In this document: piece by piece, positions 28,262-37,903 of the stretch
How positions within the stretch are numbered: the first letter of the stretch is position 1
Layout: the number at the start of each line of letters is the position of its first letter
Source: Candidatus Magasanikiibacteriota bacterium
GTDB taxonomy: Bacteria; Patescibacteriota; Patescibacteriia; Magasanikbacterales; UBA922
Assembly: GCA_016193335.1 (NCBI GenBank)
Contig: JACPSK010000008.1
Coordinates: forward strand, 1,589-65,588
Length of the DNA: 64,000 nt
Reading direction: 5' to 3'
Notes under the pieces: model-generated
Databases searched by the model: none
Told to the model about the DNA's origin: nothing
Seen by the model: the letters and a program-made list of their open reading frames with translations, nothing else
Position numbers and translations under genes: made by a program

Positions 28262-28885
28262 ATGACCATAATCAGAGAAACAATAGGCTACGCGCCCGAA
28301 ATCAAATCCCAATATCTTATTCCAACAGTGATAGAAAAAACCTCCCATGGAGAGCGGGCCTACGATATTTATTCTCGTTTGCTCAAGGACCGCATTATCT
28401 TCCTTGGCACTGCCATAGATGATGCCGTGGCAAACACGGTTATTGCCCAGCTTCTATTTCTAGAGAACCAAGATCCTGAAAAAGACATAAAACTCTACAT
28501 CAATTCACCCGGCGGCTCGGTAACTTCCGGACTCGCGATTTACGACACCATGCAATATATAAAACCTCATGTGTCCACCATTTGCGTGGGGCTCGCGGCA
28601 AGCATGGGTTCTGTGCTTCTCGCGGCAGGAGAAAAAGGCAAACGTTTTTGTTTGCCAAACAGCGAGGTGATGATCCACCAGGTCCTCGGAGGCACCCAAG
28701 GACAAGCGAGTGACATCAAAATCCACGCGGAACGAATTCTAAAAATAAAAGACCGTTTGAATCAAATCCTGGCAAAACATACAAGCCAACCCATGCCGAC
28801 CATTGAAAAAGACAGCGACCGCGACAATTTCATGAGCGCGGAAGAAGCAGTGCGTTACGGCATCGCCGACAAAGTGATTTCATAA
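28262..28885 (+). CDS. clpP: ATP-dependent Clp protease proteolytic subunit
   Basis: [40 protein letters not shown]. Confidence 0.98.
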   Translation: MTIIRETIGYAPEIKSQYLIPTVIEKTSHGERAYDIYSRLLKDRIIFLGTAIDDAVANTVIAQLLFLENQDPEKDIKLYINSPGGSVTSGLAIYDTMQYIKPHVSTICVGLAASMGSVLLAAGEKGKRFCLPNSEVMIHQVLGGTQGQASDIKIHAERILKIKDRLNQILAKHTSQPMPTIEKDSDRDNFMSAEEAVRYGIADKVIS

Positions 28886-28909
28886 AAAAACAAAAAACAT
28901 AGATAACAA

Positions 28910-28941
28910 AACCCCGTGGGCCGAAACCGGCACACGGGGTT
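28910..28941. terminator. bidirectional terminator after clpP
   Basis: aaccccgtg...cacggggtt with A-rich and T-rich flanks. Confidence 0.75.
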
Positions 28942-29112
28942 GTTTTAGTTTAGGATAGTTCCTAACCCGTACCCAAGAAGGTGTATCCGAGGAAAAGACG
29001 AGCCGAAGCCTGTACTTCCCTTTGATACACCCCCATGCTTGTCGTGGATACAGGAATGTAAGCGGGTAAATCACAATACAATATTGTACCACACATACAT
29101 TTCTATATCCTC

Positions 29113-29150
29113 GTCTTGCCCGGCTATGCCAGGTCTTGCCCGGCTATGCC
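29113..29150. repeat. tandem duplication of GTCTTGCCCGGCTATGCC (18 bp x2, period 20)
   Basis: Exact copies at 29113-29130 and 29133-29150. Confidence 0.95.
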
Positions 29151-29344
29151 GGCTCGTGGATACAGGGGCGTGTATACGTAACGACAATCTCTAACCTATA
29201 CACATACTCTGGATCCAACGCCGCTCTCAAAAGAAAATAACACGTCGCTGTATCGTTAAATATCTTGGAAATCGCGAATTCATGCTGAGGCTCTGTTTGG
29301 ATTTTATCCAAACTGCCATATTCCTTGTTTTGTGCGGACTCGCA

Positions 29345-29373
29345 ATAATACCGCATTCTGCACATTTTGTCAA
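29345..29373 (-). promoter_or_regulatory. near-consensus sigma70 promoter with no obvious gene downstream
   Basis: TTGACA-N17-TATTAT on the minus strand. Confidence 0.65.
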
Positions 29374-29391
29374 GTACTCTGCCCGGGGAAA

Positions 29392-29427
29392 TACAAAAAT
29401 TTAGCTAAAATTAGCTAAATTTTTGTA
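29392..29427. repeat. perfect 17-bp inverted repeat (terminator of the vanW-like gene, or an operator)
   Basis: tacaaaaatttagctaa-aa-ttagctaaatttttgta. Confidence 0.85.
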
Positions 29428-29437
29428 CACAACCAGA

Positions 29438-31471
29438 CTAATCTTCAGGGAAAATTATACCCAAATCTTCGGCAGTCAAGGGTCTTTGACCAGAGGAATC
29501 AGAGCTCGTTTCTCCTCCACCGGTCAGGGTATCTTCGCAAAGGCCTCCGGCTTGATTTTCACAATCCGTCTTTTTTTCAACGCCCAGATAACAAGTCGTC
29601 GGCACGGCGCGGTAACTGCTATTGAATATCTTTTCCTGTTTACTGCCGTCGGACAATTGGCGGGTATAGGTAAAGGAGGCCACGGCCCCGGGATGCGCGC
29701 TTTGACACTGCTTTTTCCCCGGCTCAAGATCAGTCGTCTGAATCTCTCGGGCAGGGCCGGTGGGAATCCATTTGGAAACTTGAGGAGCCGAATAATACCC
29801 CTTGCGGCCGTCATTCGTACCCCACAAAGTAAAAAATAGATCCCCTGTCTTGGTATTCATGGACGTTTCTATAAGCAGATGATGTCCTGTATCATTTATA
29901 AATCTAAAATCAGGCCAGCCATCGTAAATAGTGGCGTCAGTGCCCGGATTTCCATTGCTTGGATCATTGTAATAACTCACCACCAGACCATGATTAGTAC
30001 GTTCAGTTATAGGCATTCCCGAATTCATGGCGCTCCTAAACATCGTAGTGCCCACTTGGCAAAGGCCTCCGGCTATTTCGGGTTTTATCCTGTCTCCCAC
30101 AATAACCAATTCGGGCAAATAACCATCCTCAATGGTATAGGGACGAAGCGTGGCGTTTAAAGAGAATTCCTGGCCCGGTTTGATGATGGTTCCATTTAAT
30201 TTATTCTGAACCGCGTTTTTGATATTCAAAATTCTATTTTTAGGACTTCCGGAAAAATTTGAAAAACCCACTCCCAATATCTCTTTGACCCCAAGATCAT
30301 TGAGAGACCCGGTAGATACTCGCGGCTCTGTGGTCTTGGTTATAAGTTCAGTGCTCAAAACGACTGTATCCACACCCGAAAGACGTGAAGCAAAAGCACC
30401 CTTAAGTGCGGCGAGTGTTTTCTCGAGATCCACGCTTACACCCGGTCTTGAACCCTGGAAATCCATGGCTTTAGTGGCTTCCTTATTCAAAACAAAAACC
30501 GCATCGCGGGGTTTTTCCTCAACAGAAGGAAGAATATCTTTGACGATAAATGTTTCCGTAGAAGAAGCGGAAACACCGAGCAAAACAGATCCGTCCGCCC
30601 CTTTAGTTACCTCTATCCATTCTCCAATATCTGTGATCGATATGTCCCAATGATAATCCTTTTGAGTGCTTGGATTTTTGTATGTTATTCTGTGCATTCC
30701 AGCTTTAAGTAAAGGCGCAATCTGACCGCTTAGGCCCCTGATATCATCCTCAACCAAGCGAGGTGGCGTGGCCATAGACTGAATCCGAACCAAAGGAATC
30801 TCCAAACGTGACCAAGCGGCAAAAACTTTTCCGGGAACTTCTTGATAGGCGAAAGATATGCCTTCCGAAGAGGTGGAAATACTATATTTTATAGGGTCTG
30901 TATTCTCCACCGTCAGTCCGGCGTCCTTTGCCTGAAGTGTAAGCGGCGAAAATTGTTTGTCTAAAATATCCAATAACCCCGGCTGATCTATGACAAGACT
31001 TTGTAAAGATAAAGATGGTTTGGAAATCCGAGATAAAAGTATAGACCAGGCATCCACAAAAGAGTTGCCTGCCTTACCATAGCGGAGCAAATACCCAATC
31101 TCCTGTTCCATATCAATATCAGCAGTAAAAAAAACGCCAGAACCAGATGTTCCCGAATGTACTGAAAATTCTTTCTGTCCCTCTGCAGTCTCATATACCA
31201 ACAAAACGCCCTGATCAAATAACTTGCTTTTCATGTCGTTTAAAAAAGAGCTCAATTCATCCGCGTTGAGTCCTGCCACGGATATATTCCCTATATGAAC
31301 TCCGGGGAAAACTCTGAGAGCATAAGCCCTTGCATAGGAGATCAATCCCACCAAGCCCAAAAACAAGACTATCACAAAAAAAGCGACCAGAAACAAAATG
31401 CGACGCCAGGAAATACTAAAAAAAGATATGCCGATTTTTTTTAAGAGGCCTTGTTGTAATGGTTCTTGCAT
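29438..31471 (-). CDS. VanW-family protein with PG-binding-4 region (YoaR-like)
   Basis: N-terminal TM; RILNI, GGLCQVGTTMFR, ERTNH, GTDATIY..DFRFINDT. Confidence 0.9.
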   Translation of the reverse strand: MQEPLQQGLLKKIGISFFSISWRRILFLVAFFVIVLFLGLVGLISYARAYALRVFPGVHIGNISVAGLNADELSSFLNDMKSKLFDQGVLLVYETAEGQKEFSVHSGTSGSGVFFTADIDMEQEIGYLLRYGKAGNSFVDAWSILLSRISKPSLSLQSLVIDQPGLLDILDKQFSPLTLQAKDAGLTVENTDPIKYSISTSSEGISFAYQEVPGKVFAAWSRLEIPLVRIQSMATPPRLVEDDIRGLSGQIAPLLKAGMHRITYKNPSTQKDYHWDISITDIGEWIEVTKGADGSVLLGVSASSTETFIVKDILPSVEEKPRDAVFVLNKEATKAMDFQGSRPGVSVDLEKTLAALKGAFASRLSGVDTVVLSTELITKTTEPRVSTGSLNDLGVKEILGVGFSNFSGSPKNRILNIKNAVQNKLNGTIIKPGQEFSLNATLRPYTIEDGYLPELVIVGDRIKPEIAGGLCQVGTTMFRSAMNSGMPITERTNHGLVVSYYNDPSNGNPGTDATIYDGWPDFRFINDTGHHLLIETSMNTKTGDLFFTLWGTNDGRKGYYSAPQVSKWIPTGPAREIQTTDLEPGKKQCQSAHPGAVASFTYTRQLSDGSKQEKIFNSSYRAVPTTCYLGVEKKTDCENQAGGLCEDTLTGGGETSSDSSGQRPLTAEDLGIIFPED

Positions 31472-31488
31472 GAATGGTGTATCAGTCT

Positions 31489-31971
31489 TTATTCTTCCAC
31501 CACGTGGACACTTAATCTCGCGTTGGATGTATATTTTGGTATATAAATCTTTAGTACCCCTCTTGTATATTCCGCGCGAGCGGATTCTCCCCTCACCTCA
31601 GTAGGCAAAACAATGCTCCGTGAAAAACGCCCCCAGTAACATTCCTGATGTATAAGCTTCAAAGAATTCAGAGAGTCGGCTCCTCTGTCTTCAGAGCGTT
31701 GTCTCTCCCCTCTCACCGTCAAAAGATCATTATGTATATAAACTTCTATTTTGTCCGGCGAAGCGCCCGCCATAGTGGCGTATACCACGATTTCATCCTG
31801 TGTTTCCGCGATATCCACCGAAAGCTTTCCTTCTTGACCCACATAATCCCAATCCTCTTCAGGATTTTGGCGGCGTGATTGGACAGAAACATTCTGTTCA
31901 TCCGAAGAGGGCAGTTTTTCAAAAAGTATAGAAAATCCTTCACTTGAATTTTTACTCAGGCCCATATTCAT
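31489..31971 (-). CDS. Hsp20 / alpha-crystallin family protein
   Basis: VDIAET, LTVRGER, ECYWGRFSRSIVLP, AEYTRGVLKIYIPK. Confidence 0.92.
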   Translation of the reverse strand: MNMGLSKNSSEGFSILFEKLPSSDEQNVSVQSRRQNPEEDWDYVGQEGKLSVDIAETQDEIVVYATMAGASPDKIEVYIHNDLLTVRGERQRSEDRGADSLNSLKLIHQECYWGRFSRSIVLPTEVRGESARAEYTRGVLKIYIPKYTSNARLSVHVVEE

Positions 31972-32130
31972 ATATATATAAATATAGTATAGCAAATACA
32001 AAAAAAACGTAAACAAAAATTTCCTATACTTAAACTCATAGACCCGGCCAGAGTCTCCCCATACGGTATCGGTCAGTACCCGATCAAAATCTCTGTCTGA
32101 AACGGGCGTCTAACAAAATTAATACATACC

Positions 32131-32808
32131 TCAAAGCGAATTTTTGCGTACTACGCAAAGTGGTGTTTGTTCATTCGTCTGGCCAAGAGGATTATCACGG
32201 AAGACAGCTCGGGCCCAGGCTTTATCAATTTTTTTTGAGGAACGGCCCAAAACATCCACGCCAATATCATTGGCATCGATGATGACCACATCGTGCCCAA
32301 AGCGCGCTTTAAGGTCTGCGGCGACACTATTCGGATTTTTAGGGGCCAAAGTGGCATATTGGTTATAGGGAGGCAGGGTATAGGAACAAGGCCCATCAAT
32401 CGCGGCGGCTTGGCGACCCGCGATATGATAAAACATTCCTTTTATACCCAAGGGTTTGGTAAGAGCGGCAACAAGAGCTCCGAGCAGAATACGGGCAAGC
32501 CCCACTTCTTTGATAGCCAAGTGCATTGTCTCAGGGATTCCGAGGCCGATCCCATATTTTGATTTGTGCACAAAATGAGTGAGAAAACGAGCCCAGAAAC
32601 CGGGTTTTATATCTTTTATGGGAATCGCGCGTCCCTGCGTGATAGCGACCACGCGTTCGCTGATAAACAAAACATCACCTGGAGACAGATTTTGAACCGC
32701 GTAGCGTTCCACTATATCGGATATCCTGTCGTCCGGGCCGACAACATGAGTGCGTATCGGAAAACGTTCGTATACGATTCCCTGCGCTTCTATGGAAGAT
32801 GAAACCAT
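32131..32808 (-). CDS. F420-0:gamma-glutamyl ligase (CofE)-like protein
   Basis: PIRTHVV, DVLFISERVVAITQGR, AAIDG, VVIIDAND, NPLGQTNEQTP. Confidence 0.85.
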   Translation of the reverse strand: MVSSSIEAQGIVYERFPIRTHVVGPDDRISDIVERYAVQNLSPGDVLFISERVVAITQGRAIPIKDIKPGFWARFLTHFVHKSKYGIGLGIPETMHLAIKEVGLARILLGALVAALTKPLGIKGMFYHIAGRQAAAIDGPCSYTLPPYNQYATLAPKNPNSVAADLKARFGHDVVIIDANDIGVDVLGRSSKKIDKAWARAVFRDNPLGQTNEQTPLCVVRKNSL

Positions 32809-32910
32809 ACTATATTTATGATAATTATTGGTTCCAAAAATATCACAAACCAATAAATCCGTTACCACCCACCAAGGGCAACCTCTTTCAATTTCGCTGA
32901 ATGTAAAACG

Positions 32911-32998
<88 letters not shown>

Positions 32999-33038
32999 AT
33001 TGTTAAGCCTCAACAGTTAAATACTGACATGAACTTCT

Positions 33039-33255
33039 CAAAAAACTCACTGCGGAGAGGGCGGGATTCGGCTTCGCCTCTCGCTCGCTTCCGCTCGCTC
33101 GGGCTAGCCACCGCCTCGCCATCGCGCTCGCCAGCTGGCTCGCGCGATATGGCTCCGGCGTTCTCATCCCGCACGCGACACACACTCGTGTGTCGCTCCT
33201 CTTCTCCGTTCGTTTTTGCTACGCAAAAAACTCACTGCGGAGAGGGCGGGATTCG
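33039..33255 (-). repeat. tRNA-linked repeat: 32-bp direct repeat (tRNA 3' end plus flank), period 185 bp, structured GC-rich spacer
   Basis: caaaaaactcactgcggagagggcgggattcg at 33039-33070 and 33224-33255. Confidence 0.9.
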
Positions 33256-33329
33256 AACCCGCGATCCGGTTTTAAGGCCGGATAACACATTAGCAGTGTG
33301 CCGCTTTCGACCTACTCAGCCACCTCTCC
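33238..33329 (-). tRNA. tRNA-Ser(GCT), CCA not encoded
   Basis: ggagagg acceptor stem, anticodon loop ctGCTaa, long variable arm, GGTTCGAATCC. Confidence 0.95.
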
Positions 33330-33407
33330 ATTTACGGATAATTTACAATTTTTAATTTGTAAACTCAAATTATTGTTGTTCCAGTGTATCCCAAAACAAG
33401 GTTCGCG

Positions 33408-34127
33408 TCAACCCCTTGCCAGAGAAAAACCCATAACATGTAGCGCCCCTCCTTGCTCTTTCAGTGCTCTGGCCGCGGCTTGCATAGTGCTTCCGGTGGT
33501 GTATACATCATCCACTAGCAAAATGGATTTCCCCTTAGTTTCCACAGGCTTTGTAACCCGAAAAGCGTCTGCCACATTGCGCTTGCGCTCTTCCTTGGAA
33601 AGGATGGCCTGCTGTTTGGTCTTCAAAAACCTGAGCAAAAAATCCGAACGCAATTGAAAGGGCAGATGTCTATTGAAGCTCTGCGCGATAATATATGATT
33701 GATTATACCCTCTTTCGGCATAGCGGCGTTTATGCAGAGGAATCGGAACGCAATAATCTATGGGAAACAAAAAATCTGAACAGATGATCTTGGTTTCATC
33801 TATAATACGACCCAAGACTGAATTGAATTCATAAACATACGCATATTTGAACTGATGCAAAACCTGGGCCAAAAGACCTTTGGAATCATAAGGAGCGCAG
33901 GCAATCTGCTGATCCAAACAAGAATCCGCGACGCAAAAAAAACAAGGAGCACCTCTTAAGTTAGGCTCATGGCATACCGGACAGCAGAGGACAAGATGTT
34001 TATCAATTTTAAGATAGCAAGTATCACATAAGGCCAATCCTTCTTTCCCGCATCCAAGACAAAAAAGAGGAAACAAAACCTCTTTGACATACGACAAAAT
34101 AACGCGAAGTCCCTCCTTTAAAAACAT
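33408..34127 (-). CDS. comF: ComF family protein (double zinc ribbon plus PRTase)
   Basis: LFP..CLGC..CDTC..CPVC..CFFC, PIPLH..RGYNQS, LLVDDVYTTGST. Confidence 0.94.
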   Translation of the reverse strand: MFLKEGLRVILSYVKEVLFPLFCLGCGKEGLALCDTCYLKIDKHLVLCCPVCHEPNLRGAPCFFCVADSCLDQQIACAPYDSKGLLAQVLHQFKYAYVYEFNSVLGRIIDETKIICSDFLFPIDYCVPIPLHKRRYAERGYNQSYIIAQSFNRHLPFQLRSDFLLRFLKTKQQAILSKEERKRNVADAFRVTKPVETKGKSILLVDDVYTTGSTMQAAARALKEQGGALHVMGFSLARG

Positions 34128-34176
34128 AATGCCGGCAAATACACTTTTGTCGCCCTTTCAATCTTACCTAATAGAT

Positions 34177-34791
34177 TTAATCTTCCCACCAAAAACCATT
34201 TACTTTCCATTCCTCTCCCACTTTTACAATTTCAACCCTGCCTTTTCTCTGTTTGAGTTCTGTTTGAATTCCGGCAGAACCGTCTGATGACTCCGAAGAC
34301 CATTCTTGCTGAGCCTCAATGCCAATTAAAAAACGAAGATCAGATTCCTCACGAACAGAAGTACTGATAACTCGTGTGGTTACACCCTTGTATTCCACCG
34401 ACTGTTCAAGCATCTGAGTCTGGAGCCAGGCAGACATAGACAAAGTGCCAAGCTCGCTCGTGTCTGCAAGATGAGCGTTGTTATTTTGGTTTGAATAAGT
34501 ACCAAATCGTTCTACGAACAGACGGCTGAGCTGGCGGGCATACAAGGTTGGGTCTGGTTTTGAGGGAATCTGATTGGCTTCTGCGCCTTGTTCTCTAATC
34601 CCTTCCTTACTCACCAATATAGAACGCGCTTTTTGAACAGCTTCCGGAACAGTTTCTTGTTCGCTGGAAGTATTGGTCTCCTCTTGATCTTGAGGATTCT
34701 TTTTACCGTATATGATAAAAAGAACCGAAACCAAAATAAAGGCTACTATGATGCTTACTATAAGAAAAATTCTTTGTCGCAGTGTTAACAT
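34177..34791 (-). CDS. bitopic membrane protein with a probable NTF2-like fold (VirB8/TcpC-like)
   Basis: N-terminal TM, FVERFGTYS, beta-rich C-terminus ending VKVGEEWKV; directly downstream of virB4. Confidence 0.6.
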   Translation of the reverse strand: MLTLRQRIFLIVSIIVAFILVSVLFIIYGKKNPQDQEETNTSSEQETVPEAVQKARSILVSKEGIREQGAEANQIPSKPDPTLYARQLSRLFVERFGTYSNQNNNAHLADTSELGTLSMSAWLQTQMLEQSVEYKGVTTRVISTSVREESDLRFLIGIEAQQEWSSESSDGSAGIQTELKQRKGRVEIVKVGEEWKVNGFWWED

Positions 34792-34858
34792 ACAAACAAG
34801 TATAGCAGGACTTAGATTAAATTCATATAAAATCCCGCGAAAAAATCTTGGATCAGAG

Positions 34859-36745
34859 TTAAGCCTCGTCTTTATCCCCTTTCATCGAACGTTCAAATTC
34901 CTGTTTGGCGCGCTCAATGTCCAAGAGTTGTTTGGGATCAGAAGTAATTAACTGATCTTCGGTATATGAGGCTATTACTTTTATGGCGGCGTGTTTATTA
35001 CCCGCGAAAAATATTCCCTCCCCTACCGCGCTTTCCAAAAGCAGATATTTTTCTCCCTCAGTGAGCATAAAAACCCGCTGAATCATATCTATAGAAGCCG
35101 GGGACTGTCGAAGCAAAAGCTGAAGAGCAGAATTGGTTACAATGGCCTGCCCGTAAGGAGAACGCAAAAAATCGTTAACATCCTGAGTAATGGTAGTAAC
35201 GCCCAAATAATATTTTCTGCATCGTTTAACCAAAGCATAAATAAATTTGGCGCTGTCTTCGTGTTGCATGAGCCACCAAGCTTCATCAATGATTAAGATG
35301 CGTTTTTTCCGTTCAGAACGGACGATATTCCATATATAATTAACGAGAGTGTAAATGGCCATGGGTCTGAGCTCATCTTCCAAATCGCGGACACTGAAGA
35401 TCACTAGCTGGTTGTCCACGTTCACATTAGTCGGAGAATTGAAAAGGCCGGCAAAAGTGCCGAGAGTATATTTTTCCAGCTTCAAAACCAAATCCTCTGC
35501 TCCTTCCATCCCTTCGAGGATATCCAATAAATCCTGCATGATGGGAGCTTCAAGATTTCTCAAATCAGAATTCGGAGTTATATCTTTTTTAGCATAGGTT
35601 TCAAGAAGCGCTCTGTCCAAAATAGAATCTTCACTGGCAGAAAGAGTCCCAAACATGATACGAAGCAGACCTTTTAAGGTAATGACAGCGCTTCGTATGA
35701 TATCTTCCACCGAAGCCTGGCCACCCACCGGCTTGGGCAAATCAAAAGGATTGACCTTGCTCTCAGAGGCCAAAGAAATACTGATATAGGTTCCACCAAC
35801 CGCTTCAGCTAGATGCAAATATTCCATTTCAGGATCTATAACAATAATATCAATACCCATCATCAGACTGCGGAGAACCTCCAATTTTACGGCGTAGGAT
35901 TTGCCGGCGCCCGAAGTGGCGAACACAACCATGTTGGCGTTTTGTAAAGAAAAACGATCGAATAAAATAAGACTGTTATTGTGCCTGTTTATACCGTACA
36001 AAATGCCATTATCACTGGTAAGTTCCGAAGAAATAAAGGGAAAAGACGCCGCTATGGGCGAAGAGTTCATATTAAAAGCTATGGTAAGCTCGTCTATGCC
36101 CAAAGGCAGAGTTGATGTAAAGCCTTGTTCGGCCTGAAATAAAACATTTTTCGTGTAAATCAATTTTGACCCGAACAGATTTTCTATGTCTTCTGAAGTT
36201 TTGTCCAGTTCTTCTTTGTCCTGAGCGTATATGGTTACATAAAAAGCGAACTGAAAAAAATGCTCGACCCCTTGGGTCAGATCATCCCGAAGCTGTTCTA
36301 TATCCCGCAAGGCCGTCTCCCGAATCGGGTCTCTCGGAGCCCCTTTCTCGGCGTCAGAACTTATCTGAGCCTCGAGAGCTCCCACTTTTTTCTTGAGTTG
36401 TTTGAGGATAATCGCGGAATTGACCGGATAAAAAAACATGCTTACATCCATGGTAATATTCAAATTCAAAACAGGAGCGCTCCACCCGACCGCGATATAA
36501 CGGGGATAAGTAACCACAAAAATCGTCCGCAAAAAGGTATTGCCAAGCTGAACAAAAGTAGATTCCACTTTAAAAGCAGAAGGCGCGATAAGATCCTGGA
36601 TAGCCACGGTTCCTTCGCGGTACACCCGTTCTTCTTCCAAGCTGATCAATTGTTGTTCGATGTCTTCGCTTTGTTTTTTTCTCCTTCTGAAAGAACCTCT
36701 TTTTTCAGGAGATCCCTGACCGAAGGATACTGGTTTAAACGGCAT
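34859..36745 (-). CDS. VirB4/ConE-like secretion ATPase
   Basis: LYGIN, Walker A ATSGAGKS, IDPEMEY, VNPFD, Walker B LIIDEAW, RKY..TITQDVNDF. Confidence 0.92.
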   Translation of the reverse strand: MPFKPVSFGQGSPEKRGSFRRRKKQSEDIEQQLISLEEERVYREGTVAIQDLIAPSAFKVESTFVQLGNTFLRTIFVVTYPRYIAVGWSAPVLNLNITMDVSMFFYPVNSAIILKQLKKKVGALEAQISSDAEKGAPRDPIRETALRDIEQLRDDLTQGVEHFFQFAFYVTIYAQDKEELDKTSEDIENLFGSKLIYTKNVLFQAEQGFTSTLPLGIDELTIAFNMNSSPIAASFPFISSELTSDNGILYGINRHNNSLILFDRFSLQNANMVVFATSGAGKSYAVKLEVLRSLMMGIDIIVIDPEMEYLHLAEAVGGTYISISLASESKVNPFDLPKPVGGQASVEDIIRSAVITLKGLLRIMFGTLSASEDSILDRALLETYAKKDITPNSDLRNLEAPIMQDLLDILEGMEGAEDLVLKLEKYTLGTFAGLFNSPTNVNVDNQLVIFSVRDLEDELRPMAIYTLVNYIWNIVRSERKKRILIIDEAWWLMQHEDSAKFIYALVKRCRKYYLGVTTITQDVNDFLRSPYGQAIVTNSALQLLLRQSPASIDMIQRVFMLTEGEKYLLLESAVGEGIFFAGNKHAAIKVIASYTEDQLITSDPKQLLDIERAKQEFERSMKGDKDEA

Positions 36746-36758
36746 AGAAACTTTTTCT

Positions 36759-37457
36759 TTATAATCCCCTCTCCACCTGCAAATCCTCCACTGAACTCAT
36801 CGTCTCGCCATAAGAAATATCAGGATTAAAGGTGGAATAATATAACTCTATGAGCGCCTGGGTATCCAGCTGGACAGCCGTAACGCCCACGCTCGAGAGT
36901 CCGGAAATAACTTGACGTACTCTCATGTCCAAGTCTTCTTTGCGTTGTCTGAACCGGTCTTCTTTGAGACGGATACTCGCCATTGGTCTGAGCACGTCTT
37001 TTGTTCTGCTAAAAAAACTTTTTTTTGTGTTGGAGAGCGGATCATATGGAACGACCACATAATATCGTTTGGTCATAATCTGGCCGATATCCACCAATTC
37101 TTTCACAAAGGCTCGGTAATCCGCTATCTGTATGCGTAAAAGTTCATTTTTTTGTTTTGCTTCGATGCTCGCCAATTCTTCGAGATAGGGCCTAATCTGC
37201 AGACGCCTGGATTGAACCACAATTTGCAAAGGAAAATCTATGGAATTCAAAAAACCCACATACGAAGAAATAAGCGCGTTTTGTTCGTCCTCCGACTTCA
37301 AAGCGAAATTTATGCTTGAGGTTAAAAGCACGGCCCGTGTTGTCCCGTCTTTTAAAACAAGCACGCCCTCTTTTATTTCAGAAATGGGTAGATGAGTTTT
37401 GGTAGCCGGACGTTTGGCTTTCTTGGTCTTTTTTTTCTTACTTTTCATATGATACAA
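36759..37457 (-). CDS. TraC/VirB4 N-terminal-like protein
   Basis: SSINFALKSEDEQNA..FLNSIDFPLQIVVQSR; lies between prgI and virB4. Confidence 0.75.
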   Translation of the reverse strand: MYHMKSKKKKTKKAKRPATKTHLPISEIKEGVLVLKDGTTRAVLLTSSINFALKSEDEQNALISSYVGFLNSIDFPLQIVVQSRRLQIRPYLEELASIEAKQKNELLRIQIADYRAFVKELVDIGQIMTKRYYVVVPYDPLSNTKKSFFSRTKDVLRPMASIRLKEDRFRQRKEDLDMRVRQVISGLSSVGVTAVQLDTQALIELYYSTFNPDISYGETMSSVEDLQVERGL

Positions 37458-37460
37458 ACG

Positions 37461-37895
37461 CTAAACAGTGTCTTCAGGCTTATAGAAACCGCCCGTGTTG
37501 GCCAAAAGCGCCAAGTCTCTGATGCGTTCACGTTTCACCGGTTCTTTCGTAGGGGTTTCAGAAAGCTCTGAAGTAAAATTTTGTTCTCTCAAAAAATTTA
37601 AGTCCTTATCAGTGTAGACTTTGTTCCAAATTCGAAGGGAAGGTTTGCGCAAAGTTTGAAGTATATTCAATAAAAAATAATGGAAATTCTGGCCATTGAT
37701 TTTAACGAACGCGAATAACAAAGCCGCGCCTCCCACGACCGCAAGAGTAAAGATGAATAATGACAAATCACCATAACGAAAACTGAGAAAAATCACAACG
37801 CCGGCAACCAAAAGAATGACAAATTGGCGTATGGTGATGGGTCCAAAAATCTTGTCTTCAACATCTATAAATTGTGGAACAACAAATTGCTGCAT
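37461..37895 (-). CDS. PrgI family protein (VirB3-like)
   Basis: VPQFIDVEDKIFGPITIRQF followed by two TM helices. Confidence 0.9.
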   Translation of the reverse strand: MQQFVVPQFIDVEDKIFGPITIRQFVILLVAGVVIFLSFRYGDLSLFIFTLAVVGGAALLFAFVKINGQNFHYFLLNILQTLRKPSLRIWNKVYTDKDLNFLREQNFTSELSETPTKEPVKRERIRDLALLANTGGFYKPEDTV

Positions 37896-37903
37896 AGTGT
37901 TTC

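Noticed and set aside
28880-29365. 70-aa and 73-aa minus-strand ORFs, or a CRISPR array
   Set aside because: The 73-aa start lies inside the promoter spacer and the 70-aa ORF runs through the terminator. The repeats are only two copies each, with no regular spacers and no cas genes.
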